This document shows positions 28,625-39,785 of a DNA stretch of 64,000 nt, piece by piece. The notes beneath the pieces were generated by a model. It searched no databases and was not told the DNA's origin. It saw nothing but the letters and a program-made list of their open reading frames with translations. Location: assembly GCA_040220235.1 (NCBI GenBank), contig JAVJTO010000108.1, one strand, 5' to 3'. The stretch comes from Coleofasciculus sp. B1-GNL1-01. GTDB lineage: Bacteria > Cyanobacteriota > Cyanobacteriia > Cyanobacteriales > Coleofasciculaceae. The number at the start of each line of letters is the position of its first letter. Position 1 is the stretch's first letter. Both the position numbers and the translations under genes were made by a program.

Positions 28625-29013
28625 ACTTTCTGATTGACCACAATATTAGGGGACAGGCACAGCTTTTATTGAATGTTATTGAACATGAAGGTTGGCTTGA
28701 TTTGGTGGCGATTCGCTTTGTTACGTTTGAAGAGATAGCACTAGACATTGATAGCAGCGATAGAACAGTTTGGCGAGTCGCACAAGCCAATCAGATGATT
28801 TTAATAACAGCGAATCGAAGCATGAAAGGCAAGGATTCACTAGAACAAGTGATACGTGAAGAAAATACACTTGATTCTTTGCCTGTGGTTACGATTGGCA
28901 ACGTTGAGCGCGTGATTGACTCTGAATATCGAGAGCGTTGCGTCAATCGACTGGTTGAGATTTCCCTTTATGCTGAGAACTATTTGGGTGCAAGACGAAT
29001 TTTCATACCATGA
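28621..29013 (+). CDS. DUF5615/PIN-like putative toxin
   Basis: FLIDHNI..SSDRTVW..MILITAN; ATGA overlap with the DUF433 gene. Confidence 0.8.
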   Translation: MNFLIDHNIRGQAQLLLNVIEHEGWLDLVAIRFVTFEEIALDIDSSDRTVWRVAQANQMILITANRSMKGKDSLEQVIREENTLDSLPVVTIGNVERVIDSEYRERCVNRLVEISLYAENYLGARRIFIP

Positions 29014-29061
29014 AGCTCTAGTGCAGCGTGGCGAAAATACTTGAGCAGCTTTGTAGATCAT

Positions 29062-29210
29062 TAAGTAGGTGGACACAATTAAAGTTAGCGGTGGAGATTA
29101 GGGAACAGGGAACACCTCGACTTCGCTCGGTGTGTAACAGGGAACAGTAAGGGTTTGAGGTTTGTTTACATAACTTAATCTAGTTAAGTTTATTTCTACC
29201 AACCTACTTA
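29062..29210. mobile_element. MITE family B copy
   Basis: taagtaggtggacacaattaaag..cctactta; contains GGGAACA repeats and a CTCGACTTCGCTCGG insert. Confidence 0.75.
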
Positions 29211-29230
29211 GCAAAAACATTAAATTCAGG

Positions 29231-31849
29231 ATGCCGATCATGAAAGGGTTGGGAAGACGTGCCAAGAAACGACTACTATTTTTAGGATTAGCCTGGTTAA
29301 CCGTTGTGGGGGTAATCGCCTCTCCTGTCGCCCTGGGACATGTCTCGACTCTCCCTCAGCTCCCTCAGCCGGATATCATACAACAGGAGTCTCATCTGGC
29401 TCAATCCCTTGATCCAGTAAGCCGATTGAGTCAAGGTAAAATTGACTATGATCGGGGACGCTTTGCTGATGCAGTACGGGTTTGGCAAGAAGCGGAACAG
29501 GTTTACCAACAAGCAGGCGATCGCATTAACCAGGCAATCAGCTTAAATTATCTGTCCCTTGCCTATCAACATCTGGGACAATGGGAACAAGCAAAAGAAT
29601 CGATTGAAGAAAGTCTGACTATCCTCCCTACTCCCACTGATCCCGCCCTCTTAGCACAAGTATTAAATACCAAAGGCAGTCTGCAATTGGCAACCGGACA
29701 ATCGGAAGTTGCGTTGCACACCTGGAAAGCCGCCGAGACAGCCTACTCCCAAGCTGATGATGCTATTGGCGTCTTAGGGTGTCAAATCAATCAGGCGCAA
29801 GCCTTGCAAAGCTTGGGGATGTTTCGGCGATCGCAACAAGTCTTAGAACGGGTGCAGCAAGCGCTAACGCGACAGCCGGATTCGCTAATTAAAGCCACCG
29901 GATTACGCAGCCTGGGGATGGTTTGGCAAGCGATTGGAGAATTAGATGATGCCCAAAACGTGCTTAACCAGAGTTTAGCGATCGCCCAAACCCTCAACTC
30001 CCCCACCGATATCAGCGCGGCTTTCTTGAATCTGGGTAATGCGGCACGATCTTTAGGCGATCGGGATGCGGCGATCAATTATTACCATAACGCCGCAAAA
30101 ACGGCAACCGCTCCCTTAAACCAACTCGAAGCCCAACTGAACCAATTTAAGATACTGATTCATCAACAGCAATTTAATCAAGCACAAGACTTATTTCCTA
30201 CAATTAAGCGCAATCTCTCCCAATTATCTCCCAGTCGATATGCTATCTATGCTCAGGTGAATTGGGCAGAGAGTTTAATCGAACTCCTAGACAATCCAGA
30301 GAGATATTCTCCAGAACTGATCACATCACAAGACATCGCTCAACTCCTCGCCAAAACCATTGCTCAAGCTAAAGCATTAAATGACATCCGCGCTGAATCC
30401 TTAGCTCTAGGAACCCTGGGGAAACTCTATCAAACCAACCAACAAGGGTTAGACGCTCAACGTTTACTCCAACAAGCCCTATTCTTTTCCCAAACGATTA
30501 ACGCCAGAGATATTTCCTATCAATGGCAATGGCAACTGACCCAAATTTATCAGCAAACTGGAGATCTAAACGCCGCGATTACTGCCAATCAAGACGCCTT
30601 TGATCTACTGCAATCGATTCGGGGAGATTTAGTCGCGATGAACCCCGATGTGCGGTTTTCGTTTCAAGAACAAATTGAACCCATCTACCGGAATTTAGTC
30701 CGTCTTTTATTACAAAGTTCCTCACCCGATAATCTCAAGCAGGCGCGTAATGTGATTGAATCCCTCCAGTTAGCCGAATTGGAGAACTACTTTCGCACCT
30801 CCTGCTTAAATGCTAAAGCCGAGCAAATTGATACCGTGATTGAGGACAGCGATACCCAAACAGCGGTGATTTATCCGATTATTTTACCTGACCGGATTGC
30901 GGTGATTCTTTCCTTACCTGGACAACCCTTAGAAACTTACAGCACCGAGTTACCTCAAGCTGAGATTGAAGAGGCGGTGAATCAACTGCGACAGTCGATG
31001 AATATCGCCTACTCGAATCGCAAACGGCTGGCTATTTCTCAAACCATTTATGACTGGTTAATTCGACCTGTAGAAACTCAGTTTGCTCAACAAGATATCA
31101 AAACCTTAGTCTTTGTTCTCGATGGTGTGTTGCGGAATGTACCAATGGCGGCACTTCATGATGGTCAACAGTATTTAATCGAGAAGTATAGCATTGCCTT
31201 AACACCAGGATTACAATTACTAGAGCCGCGATCGCTCACCCAATTGCAACTACGTTCCCTGACTGGCGGATTAAGTGAACCCCGTTTAGGGTTTTCGGCG
31301 TTACCGGCTGTGGAAGATGAAATTGAACAAGTTAGTACAAATATTCCATCCAATGTTCTGTTCAATCAAGCCTTTACCAGCACAGCCCTAGAGAACAAAA
31401 TTAACACACTTCCGGTGAGTGTGGTTCACCTGGCTACCCATGGTCAATTTAGTTCTAACCCGGAAGACACGTTTATTCTCACCTGGGATAAGCGGTTTAA
31501 TGCCAATACCCTATCTCAACTTCTCAAAGGTAGAAACCAAGACAATTTTCCCCCGATTGAACTCCTGGTTCTCAGTGCTTGCCAAACCGCAAATGGCGAT
31601 CAACGAGCGGCGTTAGGATTAGCGGGATTAGCGGTGCGATCGGGAACCCGCAGTACCATTGGCACATTATGGTCAGTGAAAGATCAATCGACGGCTCAGG
31701 CGATGATTCAACTGTATAATAATTTAACTCAGCCTGATACTAATCGTGCTGAAGCCTTACGACAAGCTCAGTTATTTCTACTCCGGCAAAATCAATACCA
31801 GCATCCCTACTACTGGGCACCCTTTATTTTAGTTGGCAATTGGTTATAA
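29231..31849 (+). CDS. Exported TPR + CHAT (caspase/HetF-like) domain protein
   Basis: N-terminal hydrophobic signal; TPR repeats; FVLDGVLRNVPMAALHDG, HLATHG, LVLSACQTA, LWSV, HPYYWAPFILVGNW. Confidence 0.92.
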   Translation: MPIMKGLGRRAKKRLLFLGLAWLTVVGVIASPVALGHVSTLPQLPQPDIIQQESHLAQSLDPVSRLSQGKIDYDRGRFADAVRVWQEAEQVYQQAGDRINQAISLNYLSLAYQHLGQWEQAKESIEESLTILPTPTDPALLAQVLNTKGSLQLATGQSEVALHTWKAAETAYSQADDAIGVLGCQINQAQALQSLGMFRRSQQVLERVQQALTRQPDSLIKATGLRSLGMVWQAIGELDDAQNVLNQSLAIAQTLNSPTDISAAFLNLGNAARSLGDRDAAINYYHNAAKTATAPLNQLEAQLNQFKILIHQQQFNQAQDLFPTIKRNLSQLSPSRYAIYAQVNWAESLIELLDNPERYSPELITSQDIAQLLAKTIAQAKALNDIRAESLALGTLGKLYQTNQQGLDAQRLLQQALFFSQTINARDISYQWQWQLTQIYQQTGDLNAAITANQDAFDLLQSIRGDLVAMNPDVRFSFQEQIEPIYRNLVRLLLQSSSPDNLKQARNVIESLQLAELENYFRTSCLNAKAEQIDTVIEDSDTQTAVIYPIILPDRIAVILSLPGQPLETYSTELPQAEIEEAVNQLRQSMNIAYSNRKRLAISQTIYDWLIRPVETQFAQQDIKTLVFVLDGVLRNVPMAALHDGQQYLIEKYSIALTPGLQLLEPRSLTQLQLRSLTGGLSEPRLGFSALPAVEDEIEQVSTNIPSNVLFNQAFTSTALENKINTLPVSVVHLATHGQFSSNPEDTFILTWDKRFNANTLSQLLKGRNQDNFPPIELLVLSACQTANGDQRAALGLAGLAVRSGTRSTIGTLWSVKDQSTAQAMIQLYNNLTQPDTNRAEALRQAQLFLLRQNQYQHPYYWAPFILVGNWL

Positions 31850-32200
31850 GTCATTTGTCATTTGTCATTTGTCATTTGTCATTTGTCATTCGTCATTCGT
31901 CATTTGTTCATTGTTGATTGGTAATCCTCTTCCCCATCTCCCCAATCTCCCCCATCTGACACACCGAGCGAAGTCGAGGTGTTCCCCAGCTCCGCCAGTT
32001 CCTCTGCCTTTTGGTGGATGCTATTTTCGCAAAATGTTATAATACAAGTTTTAGACAACTCCACAAATAGGGTAACAGCAATTTCGGAAGATCTTGCTGA
32101 AACAAACAATTAAATCTTCAGGTGGATAGACCGTCACTTAAACGAGTCTATCTCTAGAGTAACTGTATTAATTTGAGACCCCTGTATCAATTTTAGACCC

Positions 32201-32779
32201 ATGAAACCCTTTCATTTTTTCAGTGTAAAGTGGCTTAGTTGGCATTTCACTTTAATTCTATTGTCCATCACACTATCTTTAGAATTGGCGATTGTTCCTA
32301 GTCTGGTCGCCCAAACTCAAGCTGTGACAGATCCAAATAATAATGAACCGTTTACACCTCCTGGAGATGACAGTCCAGAGGGTGATACAAAAGGAGCAGG
32401 AACTCGTGATGGCGGTCATTGTACCCAAGATGAGGTGGCTGAAGGTACACCAGGATTTTCGGTTTTGATGCCAGTTGAGAGTGAAACGATCGCCCAACGT
32501 CCTACATTCTCACTTTATATCCCAGAAACGGGAGCGCGGAAAGTGTTTTTTAGTTTAAAGGATGCTGAGGAAGAGTACGATTACCAGACAATCATCACAT
32601 TACCAAAAACTGGGAGTGAGTTTAGCTTTCCATTACCAGAAGATGCACCTGATCTAAAGACAAATACGCCATATCAATGGTCTATCAGCTTAATTTGTCA
32701 ACAGTCGCTTGATCCCAATGACCCAACTTTAACGGGTGTAATTGAGCGAGTCGAATCTCAAGAAATTACAGACAATTAA
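32201..32779 (+). CDS. DUF928 domain protein
   Basis: Signal-like N-terminus, FTPP..GAGTRDGGHC, TIAQRPTFSLYIP, YQWSISLIC; follows a CHAT gene. Confidence 0.8.
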   Translation: MKPFHFFSVKWLSWHFTLILLSITLSLELAIVPSLVAQTQAVTDPNNNEPFTPPGDDSPEGDTKGAGTRDGGHCTQDEVAEGTPGFSVLMPVESETIAQRPTFSLYIPETGARKVFFSLKDAEEEYDYQTIITLPKTGSEFSFPLPEDAPDLKTNTPYQWSISLICQQSLDPNDPTLTGVIERVESQEITDN

Positions 32780-32901
32780 GATTATTGGTTATTTGTCCTT
32801 TGTCATTGGTCATTTGTCGTTGAGACGGGGCGGGTTTAGTTAAGTTATCGGTTTGTAGTAAAATGTTAGCCGTAAAACCCGCCCCTACATGCCTGTTACC
32901 C

Positions 32902-35607
32902 CTATTCCCTATTCGGGAGACATTCTTCAATCAAGGCGTGATTGCTTTCGCGTTCTGACTTTTTCAGATATTCTAGAGCAATCCGTACCGCCGCCGGAGA
33001 GGTTGGGTAGTCTTGGGCGAGTAACTCTAGAATGCGACGGAGTTGGAGTTTCTCGATTTGCTTGCTGGTAAACCAAGACAGTGCGATCGCGGATAGAATT
33101 AATCCTAGGATTGGGGGAATCACAGGTATCCACCACCCCTGTAAGAAGGCGTTATAGGCGATGGCGACTAATACTAAACCTGCGATCGCAATTCCCAACG
33201 CCACCCGCTGAGGAGACTGTAACCGCCAACTTAATACTGTACCGATTAAAGACCACACCAAAACCCACAATCCCTCTTGAAATTCACTCCATGTCCGGAT
33301 TAGGGGACGATTATCGAGGGCTGCACTTAAAATCTGGCTGGTTAAATTAGCATGAACCACAACACCCGCCATCCCTTGTGGTGTGCGAGACAAACTCCCA
33401 CTGTAGGGGGTATAGAAAAAGTCCTTCAGGCTAGTTGCGATCGCGCCAATTAAAATAACCCGTCCGGTAAACCCATTATCACGCTTTATTTCTACGGGAA
33501 TCTGATTCTCTAGTAAATCGGTAAGCGAGATGCTATAAAAATCCTCTAAAGAGCCACGATAGTTTAATAGGATCTGATAACCCCCAGTATTCACCCGAAT
33601 ATAGCCGCCATCATTTTTATCCAACGGTGAAAAAATTGCCTGACCCAATTGCCAATGATGCTGTGCTTGAGTTTGAGGTGTAATTCCTTGGGTTTCTAGA
33701 TAGTGCAATGCTAGTTTTAAGCTGAAACTCAGGTGAAGTTTATCGCCGCGTTTAACGGATATTAACCCTCGGCGAACTTTGCGATCTGCATCTAATACCA
33801 TATCCACAAAACCGATTTGCCCCGACTGGTTTAACGTGGGAGGGGGATTCACGGAATTACCAACAACTTTCTCGGCACCAATCAGATTAGGAGTAGACTG
33901 AAATAGCTTAACTAATTCTTGATGTCCAGGTTCAACAGGCAAATCTCGATACACATCTAAACCAATGACACGCGGATTATCCGCTTTTAATCGAGTAATC
34001 GCCTCTACTAACACTGCATCCGGGAGGGGCCACTGTCCAATTTGAGTGATATCGTTTTCATCAATGGTGACAATTACAACACGCGGATCAGGGGGTTCTA
34101 AGGGGCGAACTCGGAAAAATTTGTCCCAAACATCCCATTCTAAACCTTGCAACAATCCGGTTAAACTTAACAGAATTACCAGAATAGTTGTGCTAAGGCT
34201 GATCACGCCAATCCATCCGCGCCACAGTCGATGTCTGATTGGTTCTGTTTTAGCTTTCTTGGTCGCCGATGACAGCAGAGAATTGGCTTTTTCAATCGCT
34301 TTGAGGGCGTTCTGAATATCCCGTCGATTTAATTCTTGACTCGCCGCTAAAAACTGATAATCTAGATCACTCAAACTCTTCCCTTGAGACCAGGTTAATG
34401 CCTCTCTTAATGCCTCTCCTTGCAAGAGGTGGGATTGATTCTGTTTTTTTGAGGCAATCCAGGCATTGAAGGTGTCAGCATAAGGACGCAGGGAAACTAA
34501 TTTTTTGGTTACCCAGGTTTGATTAAATACTTCTTCGTATATTCTATTTTTTACCTGGAGTATTCCCTGATTTTTAACTAACAAACCCGACAATAAAAGT
34601 TCGGTTGTTTCTCGCGAATCATCTGCCTCAATTTCTACACCTTGTAACACCTGCTGATAAATGCCCAGCATTCTACCCGTCCGTTGACCATTGCCTTGAA
34701 TGCGATTCTGAATCGTTCTCAAATGTTCCGGATCATCCTGAGACGCCCAGTTATTAATGATGCGCGATCGCACCAGGTTTTCTACCCACCTATATTCTTG
34801 ACCTGGCGGGATGATTAGGCTTTCCTGTTCTGTATTTTCTGCCGCTTTCCAAACTAAATTACACAACTTCTGGCTGAGAAATGGCTGACCCGATGTCCAC
34901 GCCAAGATTGCTTTAACAATCGTCTCAGGTGTATTAATTTTTCCCGCTAAACCTTGGATTAGGGGTTGCACCTCTTCCAGTTTAAACCCCTGTAGTTTTA
35001 TGGCTTGACCAATATTAAATGAAGTCCGACTGCGATCGCGAATTAAGTCTGAGGGTGCAGCGACGCCAAAGAAAGCAAAGACAATCCGATTGTAGTCAGG
35101 ATTAATCGCACGTTGATTATAGCAAAAGCGAATTAAAGCCCAAAAATCATCAATGGGAAAATCAATGCTGAGAAGTCGATCAATTTCATCCATGAAGATA
35201 ACCAACCGTTCACTGGAAAATTGACCAAGTAATGCTTCTTGAATAAACTGACAGCATCGTTGCAAAAATGAGAGATCGTCTCGCTCTTTCCACCAGGTTT
35301 TTAAATGAATCTTTCCCCGCAGATTGAACGCCAACCATAACTGGGTGACAACGCCCTTATACCACTGTACTGGGGTTGTATATTCACCACCAATTGTGGT
35401 CATATCCAGAACTCCACAGCGGAATCCTTCCGCTTCTAGGCGATACTTTGTTCTGACAAGGAGAGAGGATTTGCCCATTTGTCGAGGGCTAAGGACATGA
35501 CAAAATTCACCCGCTTTTACCGCCTCATAGAGTTGGGCATCTGCTTGTCGCACCACATAGGTAGGATCATCATGTCTGAGACTACCGCCAACTTGGTAAT
35601 TTGTCAT
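32902..35607 (-). CDS. AAA_35-like ATPase + CHASE2 sensor + 3 TM
   Basis: YQVGGSL..YVVRQAD; Walker [32 protein letters not shown]2 [36 protein letters not shown]; three C-terminal TMs. Confidence 0.88.
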   Translation of the reverse strand: MTNYQVGGSLRHDDPTYVVRQADAQLYEAVKAGEFCHVLSPRQMGKSSLLVRTKYRLEAEGFRCGVLDMTTIGGEYTTPVQWYKGVVTQLWLAFNLRGKIHLKTWWKERDDLSFLQRCCQFIQEALLGQFSSERLVIFMDEIDRLLSIDFPIDDFWALIRFCYNQRAINPDYNRIVFAFFGVAAPSDLIRDRSRTSFNIGQAIKLQGFKLEEVQPLIQGLAGKINTPETIVKAILAWTSGQPFLSQKLCNLVWKAAENTEQESLIIPPGQEYRWVENLVRSRIINNWASQDDPEHLRTIQNRIQGNGQRTGRMLGIYQQVLQGVEIEADDSRETTELLLSGLLVKNQGILQVKNRIYEEVFNQTWVTKKLVSLRPYADTFNAWIASKKQNQSHLLQGEALREALTWSQGKSLSDLDYQFLAASQELNRRDIQNALKAIEKANSLLSSATKKAKTEPIRHRLWRGWIGVISLSTTILVILLSLTGLLQGLEWDVWDKFFRVRPLEPPDPRVVIVTIDENDITQIGQWPLPDAVLVEAITRLKADNPRVIGLDVYRDLPVEPGHQELVKLFQSTPNLIGAEKVVGNSVNPPPTLNQSGQIGFVDMVLDADRKVRRGLISVKRGDKLHLSFSLKLALHYLETQGITPQTQAQHHWQLGQAIFSPLDKNDGGYIRVNTGGYQILLNYRGSLEDFYSISLTDLLENQIPVEIKRDNGFTGRVILIGAIATSLKDFFYTPYSGSLSRTPQGMAGVVVHANLTSQILSAALDNRPLIRTWSEFQEGLWVLVWSLIGTVLSWRLQSPQRVALGIAIAGLVLVAIAYNAFLQGWWIPVIPPILGLILSAIALSWFTSKQIEKLQLRRILELLAQDYPTSPAAVRIALEYLKKSERESNHALIEECLPNRE

Positions 35608-35669
35608 TTGTCATTCGTCATTTGTCATTTGTCATTTGTCATTTGTCAATAAAGAGTTATAGTTATATT

Positions 35670-35889
35670 GTCGGTGCGGGTGTAAGGGCGGATGTAGGGT
35701 CGGATGTAGGGGTGAATGTAGGGGCGAATGTAGGGGCGGATGTAGGGGCGAATGTAGGGGCGGGTGTAGGGGCGGGTGTAGGGGCGGGTTTAGCCCTTCA
35801 ACCTAGATGGTTACCAATAACGGAAAAACAAAACCCGCCCTTCTTCAACCTAGATGGTTACCAATAACGGAAAAACAAAACCCGCCCTT
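35670..35889. repeat. Tandem 12-mer GTAGGGGCG(G/A)(A/G)T array followed by a duplicated ~48-bp REP right arm
   Basis: About nine units at 35680-35790; cttcaacctagatggttaccaataacggaaaaacaaaacccgccctt occurs twice. Confidence 0.85.
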
Positions 35890-36305
35890 ATTCTTAGTTC
35901 ATGATAACACATATAATATAAAAATTAAAATAGGTAAAAAATCATAAAAGTTGAGGAGTTTTGTAAAGTTTATTCAAAAAGCATCAATGATACATTTTGT
36001 CAATTCCTAAAAATTGGTTAGTTAACTAGAACCTGGAGTAAGAAAGTTAGTAGAAATCAATCCAACTATATTAAGTTTTGTAAATATACTTCAAACCCTT
36101 ACATAAGACATAAGACAATCCCCACGGTTAACTGTAAATTTTCCCACCTACTTATCTGTCCATTGTGGCATAAAGACCATTATCTTGTCGGGTGAGCCAA
36201 CCAACGCCACAAGAGTAGATTCACAGGTGTATGGATGCTGCCAAAGTCTGTCAGCTTGCCTCACAATAGGAATAGGATAGCAGCAATCACAACAGGGACT
36301 CTACT

Positions 36306-39300
36306 ATGACTAGGGGTGCATGGATAAAGCAACGGTGGGAGCAATGGCGCTCACATCGGCTACCTCAAAAACCTCGAATTTCCTATCTAGGCGCATTTAT
36401 TTTAACACTATTCAGTTGCCTAGTCGTCTACACGGTATCTGGTTCAGCTAAATCTCCAGTCGCGCCAGTTTCATCGTCACTGGTAGAAATCACTCAGGGA
36501 TGGCAATATCATTGGGGTGATTTTTCTCAACAACAACCATGGGTTTCAGAAGGGACGCAGAATCAGATATTGTCTGAACAATGGCAATCATTTCAGTTTC
36601 CCGGAAAAATCAGAAAACCAAGCCATAAAAATGTCCATACCCTGTGGCTGCGTGTTCCTTTACCTGCTGGAGAATGGCAATCACCGACTCTCTATTTTGG
36701 CGCTGTACCTTATATATTAGATGTATATTTAGGAGAGCAACATCTCTATAATCAATGGTCACTCAATGCCGCTGAACAAGCCACCCTAACAGACTATCAA
36801 TTGCCACTCGTTCAACTTGAGCCAGGATTTCAGCATCAAACTCTCTTGTGTCGGGTGTATGTCGGAGAAAATGCTTCAATTTACATCGGATTGTTTGATC
36901 GCGTTGTATTGGGCAATCATAATGCTGTAATTAAACGTTTCTTTCAACAACAAAGCCATACATTACTCGGCATTCTATTTTTTGCCTTAGGATTAATCAT
37001 TCTGGGATTGTCTTTAAGCCGCCCCGAAAAAAAATCATACTTTCACTTTGGCATTTTAACAACGATGATTGGGATATATACCTTATCGCGGTCTTTTTTT
37101 ATCCCTGTCTTTATTAATCATCTAGAAGCCTTACGGTTCTGGGAATATACATCATTCTATCTGATTCCTGTAAGTGGTTGTCTTTTCTTTCAAGAAATGT
37201 TTAAGATGAGATGCCAGTCTATTATTCGCCATCTCTGGAAAATTCATCTAGCTTATGCGGTAGCCGCGTTAAGCTTAGTCACCACTCACACCTTTTCTTG
37301 GAGTCAAACCGTCACTTTGGCTCAATTCTTGTTTTTAGCCAGTGCGATAATTATTTTAACTAAGTCGGTGCAAATTTCTCTGACGGGTAACGTTGAAGCC
37401 AAACTCTTTACAGTAGGGTTTGGTCTGCTTACTCTATCTGCCATTAATGATATTTTAATTTATCGCTTAGAGTGGGTAAATTGGTATCAAAAACTTTATC
37501 CGTGGGGAACATTACTTTTTATTCTTACGTTAGGCGTTATGTTAGAGCGTCAATTCATCCAAGCGCGTAATCTGCTGCAAAACTATGCCATAGAATTAGA
37601 AGCGAAAAATACTGCCTTACAACGACTCGATCAGCTTAAGGATGAATTTTTAGCGAACACGTCTCATGAACTCAAAACTCCCTTGAATGGAATCATTGGC
37701 ATTGCCGAATCATTGATTGATGGAGTAACAGGAAACCTATCGGATTCGACTCGGTTTAACTTGTCGCTCATTGTTTCCAGTGGCAGACGATTGCACCAGC
37801 TTGTTAATGATTTACTCGATTTCTCGCAACTCAAACACCATAACCTACAACTGAATATTAAACCCATCGGAATTCGCGAAGTGACTCATGTAGTTTTAAC
37901 CATTTCTCAACCGCTGGTGGGTAAGAAACCGATCGAGTTAATCAATAGCATTAATCCGGATATTCCCCCGGTTGATGCTGATGAAAATCGTGTCCAGCAG
38001 ATTTTGTACAATTTGGTGAGTAATGCAATTAAGTTTACGGAACAGGGAACCATTGAAGTTTCAGCGACGCCAGTCAATGATATGCTGGAAATCCATGTAA
38101 TTGACACCGGAATTGGCATTCCGCCGGACAAAATTAATCGCATTTTTGAATCGCTTGAACAAGCCGATGGTTCCATTGCTCGCCACTATGGAGGAACGGG
38201 ATTAGGTTTAGCCATTACCAAACAACTGGTTGAACTTCACGGCGGGATCATTAAGGTTGAGTCTACGCCAGGAGTGGGGTCACGCTTTACATTTACACTA
38301 CCTTTATCTCAGGGTAAGGTTGATTATCAATCCTCCATCGAAGTCTCTAAGGTGCAAGATTATACACCGCGAACTGTTAGCCCGGATCGCATTCTCATCG
38401 CTCAAGAGGTAGCTGTCACGCCAGAGGGGACATTCCACATTTTAATTGTGGATGATGAACCCACGAATCTTCAGGTCATTGTCAATCATCTATCGTTGCA
38501 AAATTATGCAATTACTCAAGCCTCTAGTGCCTTGGAAGCGTTAGAGTTGATTCGCTTAGGGTTCAAACCGGATCTGATTTTGCTAGATATCATGATGCCG
38601 CAGATGACGGGGTATGAACTGTGTAAAAAACTGCGGGAACAATTTCTCCCTAATGAACTACCGATTGTCTTGTTAACGGCGAAAAATCAGATTTCTGATT
38701 TAGTGGAAGGGTTTGCCGTTGGCGCGAATGATTATTTAACCAAGCCTGTGTTAAAGAATGAACTTTTAGCCCGAATTAAAACCCATCTCCGCTTAGCCAA
38801 AATCAATGCAGCTTATGGGCGGTTTGTCCCTTATGAGTTTCTGCAATTTTTGGAACGAGAAAGTATTGTGGATGTGCAATTAGGAGATCAGGTGCAAAAA
38901 GAAATGTCTATTTTATTTGCCGATATTCGTTCATTTACCAGTCTGTCCGAACAATTGTCACCGAAAGCAAATTTTGATTTTCTGAATTCATATTTAGGTC
39001 GTGTGAGTCCCGTAATTCGCAATTATCGTGGATTTATTGATAAATATATTGGCGATGCGGTAATGGCATTATTTCCCCAGATGGCTGATGATGCAGTACA
39101 AGCGGCAATTGAGATGCAAAAGCAAGTCAGTTTGTATAATGATCACCGTCAAGCCTGTGGGTATGAACCGATTGCAATTGGGATTGGTTTGCATACAGGG
39201 AGTTTAATGTTGGGAACGGTGGGAGAGTCTCAGCGAATGGATACAACAGTGATTTCGGATGCGGTGAATTTAGCCTCGCGTTTGGAGGGATTAACTAAGA

Positions 39301-39665
39301 TTTTTGGGGTGGAGATTTTAATTAGCGAAGAAACGTTAAATGGGTTGACAAATGATCACCATTATAGTTATCGTTTCTTAGGTCGAGTGACGGTGAAAGG
39401 AAAACTCCAACCGATCGCGATCTTTGAGGTGTTTGATGGTAACCCGCCGCCACTGATTGAATTGAAGCGACAAACTCGGACGGAGTTTGAGCGAGGGGTG
39501 CATCTGTATGTGGAGAAAGAGTATACCAAAGCGCACCAGATTTTCACTCAACTGTGGCAATGGGACGATCGCGATCGCGTGGTTCAATTTTACCAGCAGC
39601 GTTGTCAGCAAGCCGAGCGATCGGGAGTCTCAGAGGTAGATATTATTAAGCTGTTCGGCATTTAA
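36306..39665 (+). CDS. 7TM-DISM-like sensor histidine kinase-receiver-class III adenylate cyclase hybrid
   Basis: Multiple TMs; H-box FLANTSHELKTPL; NLVSNAIKFT, DTGIGI, GGTGLGL; receiver IVDDE..LLDIMMP..TAK; cyclase ILFADIRSFT, KYIGDA, DAVNLASRLE, VKGK. Confidence 0.92.
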   Translation: MTRGAWIKQRWEQWRSHRLPQKPRISYLGAFILTLFSCLVVYTVSGSAKSPVAPVSSSLVEITQGWQYHWGDFSQQQPWVSEGTQNQILSEQWQSFQFPGKIRKPSHKNVHTLWLRVPLPAGEWQSPTLYFGAVPYILDVYLGEQHLYNQWSLNAAEQATLTDYQLPLVQLEPGFQHQTLLCRVYVGENASIYIGLFDRVVLGNHNAVIKRFFQQQSHTLLGILFFALGLIILGLSLSRPEKKSYFHFGILTTMIGIYTLSRSFFIPVFINHLEALRFWEYTSFYLIPVSGCLFFQEMFKMRCQSIIRHLWKIHLAYAVAALSLVTTHTFSWSQTVTLAQFLFLASAIIILTKSVQISLTGNVEAKLFTVGFGLLTLSAINDILIYRLEWVNWYQKLYPWGTLLFILTLGVMLERQFIQARNLLQNYAIELEAKNTALQRLDQLKDEFLANTSHELKTPLNGIIGIAESLIDGVTGNLSDSTRFNLSLIVSSGRRLHQLVNDLLDFSQLKHHNLQLNIKPIGIREVTHVVLTISQPLVGKKPIELINSINPDIPPVDADENRVQQILYNLVSNAIKFTEQGTIEVSATPVNDMLEIHVIDTGIGIPPDKINRIFESLEQADGSIARHYGGTGLGLAITKQLVELHGGIIKVESTPGVGSRFTFTLPLSQGKVDYQSSIEVSKVQDYTPRTVSPDRILIAQEVAVTPEGTFHILIVDDEPTNLQVIVNHLSLQNYAITQASSALEALELIRLGFKPDLILLDIMMPQMTGYELCKKLREQFLPNELPIVLLTAKNQISDLVEGFAVGANDYLTKPVLKNELLARIKTHLRLAKINAAYGRFVPYEFLQFLERESIVDVQLGDQVQKEMSILFADIRSFTSLSEQLSPKANFDFLNSYLGRVSPVIRNYRGFIDKYIGDAVMALFPQMADDAVQAAIEMQKQVSLYNDHRQACGYEPIAIGIGLHTGSLMLGTVGESQRMDTTVISDAVNLASRLEGLTKIFGVEILISEETLNGLTNDHHYSYRFLGRVTVKGKLQPIAIFEVFDGNPPPLIELKRQTRTEFERGVHLYVEKEYTKAHQIFTQLWQWDDRDRVVQFYQQRCQQAERSGVSEVDIIKLFGI

Positions 39666-39774
39666 ACCTTAATGTCAATAATGGCGAAAGCCTTGTAGTG
39701 CGTTTAGCGAAGCCATGCCGCAGGCTTTGCATCTTGCTCGCTACTAATACCCAATTTAAATGCATGACAGCTTA
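39647..39774. mobile_element. MITE family A copy overlapping the 3' end of the cyclase gene
   Basis: Near-identical to 14716-14843; encodes the last residues KLFGI*. Confidence 0.85.
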
Positions 39775-39785
39775 TTCGGTAGTGA

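Noticed and set aside
35680..35790. Possible CRISPR array
   Set aside because: The 12-bp units are contiguous with no unique spacers, and there are no cas genes; it is a REP-derived tandem repeat.
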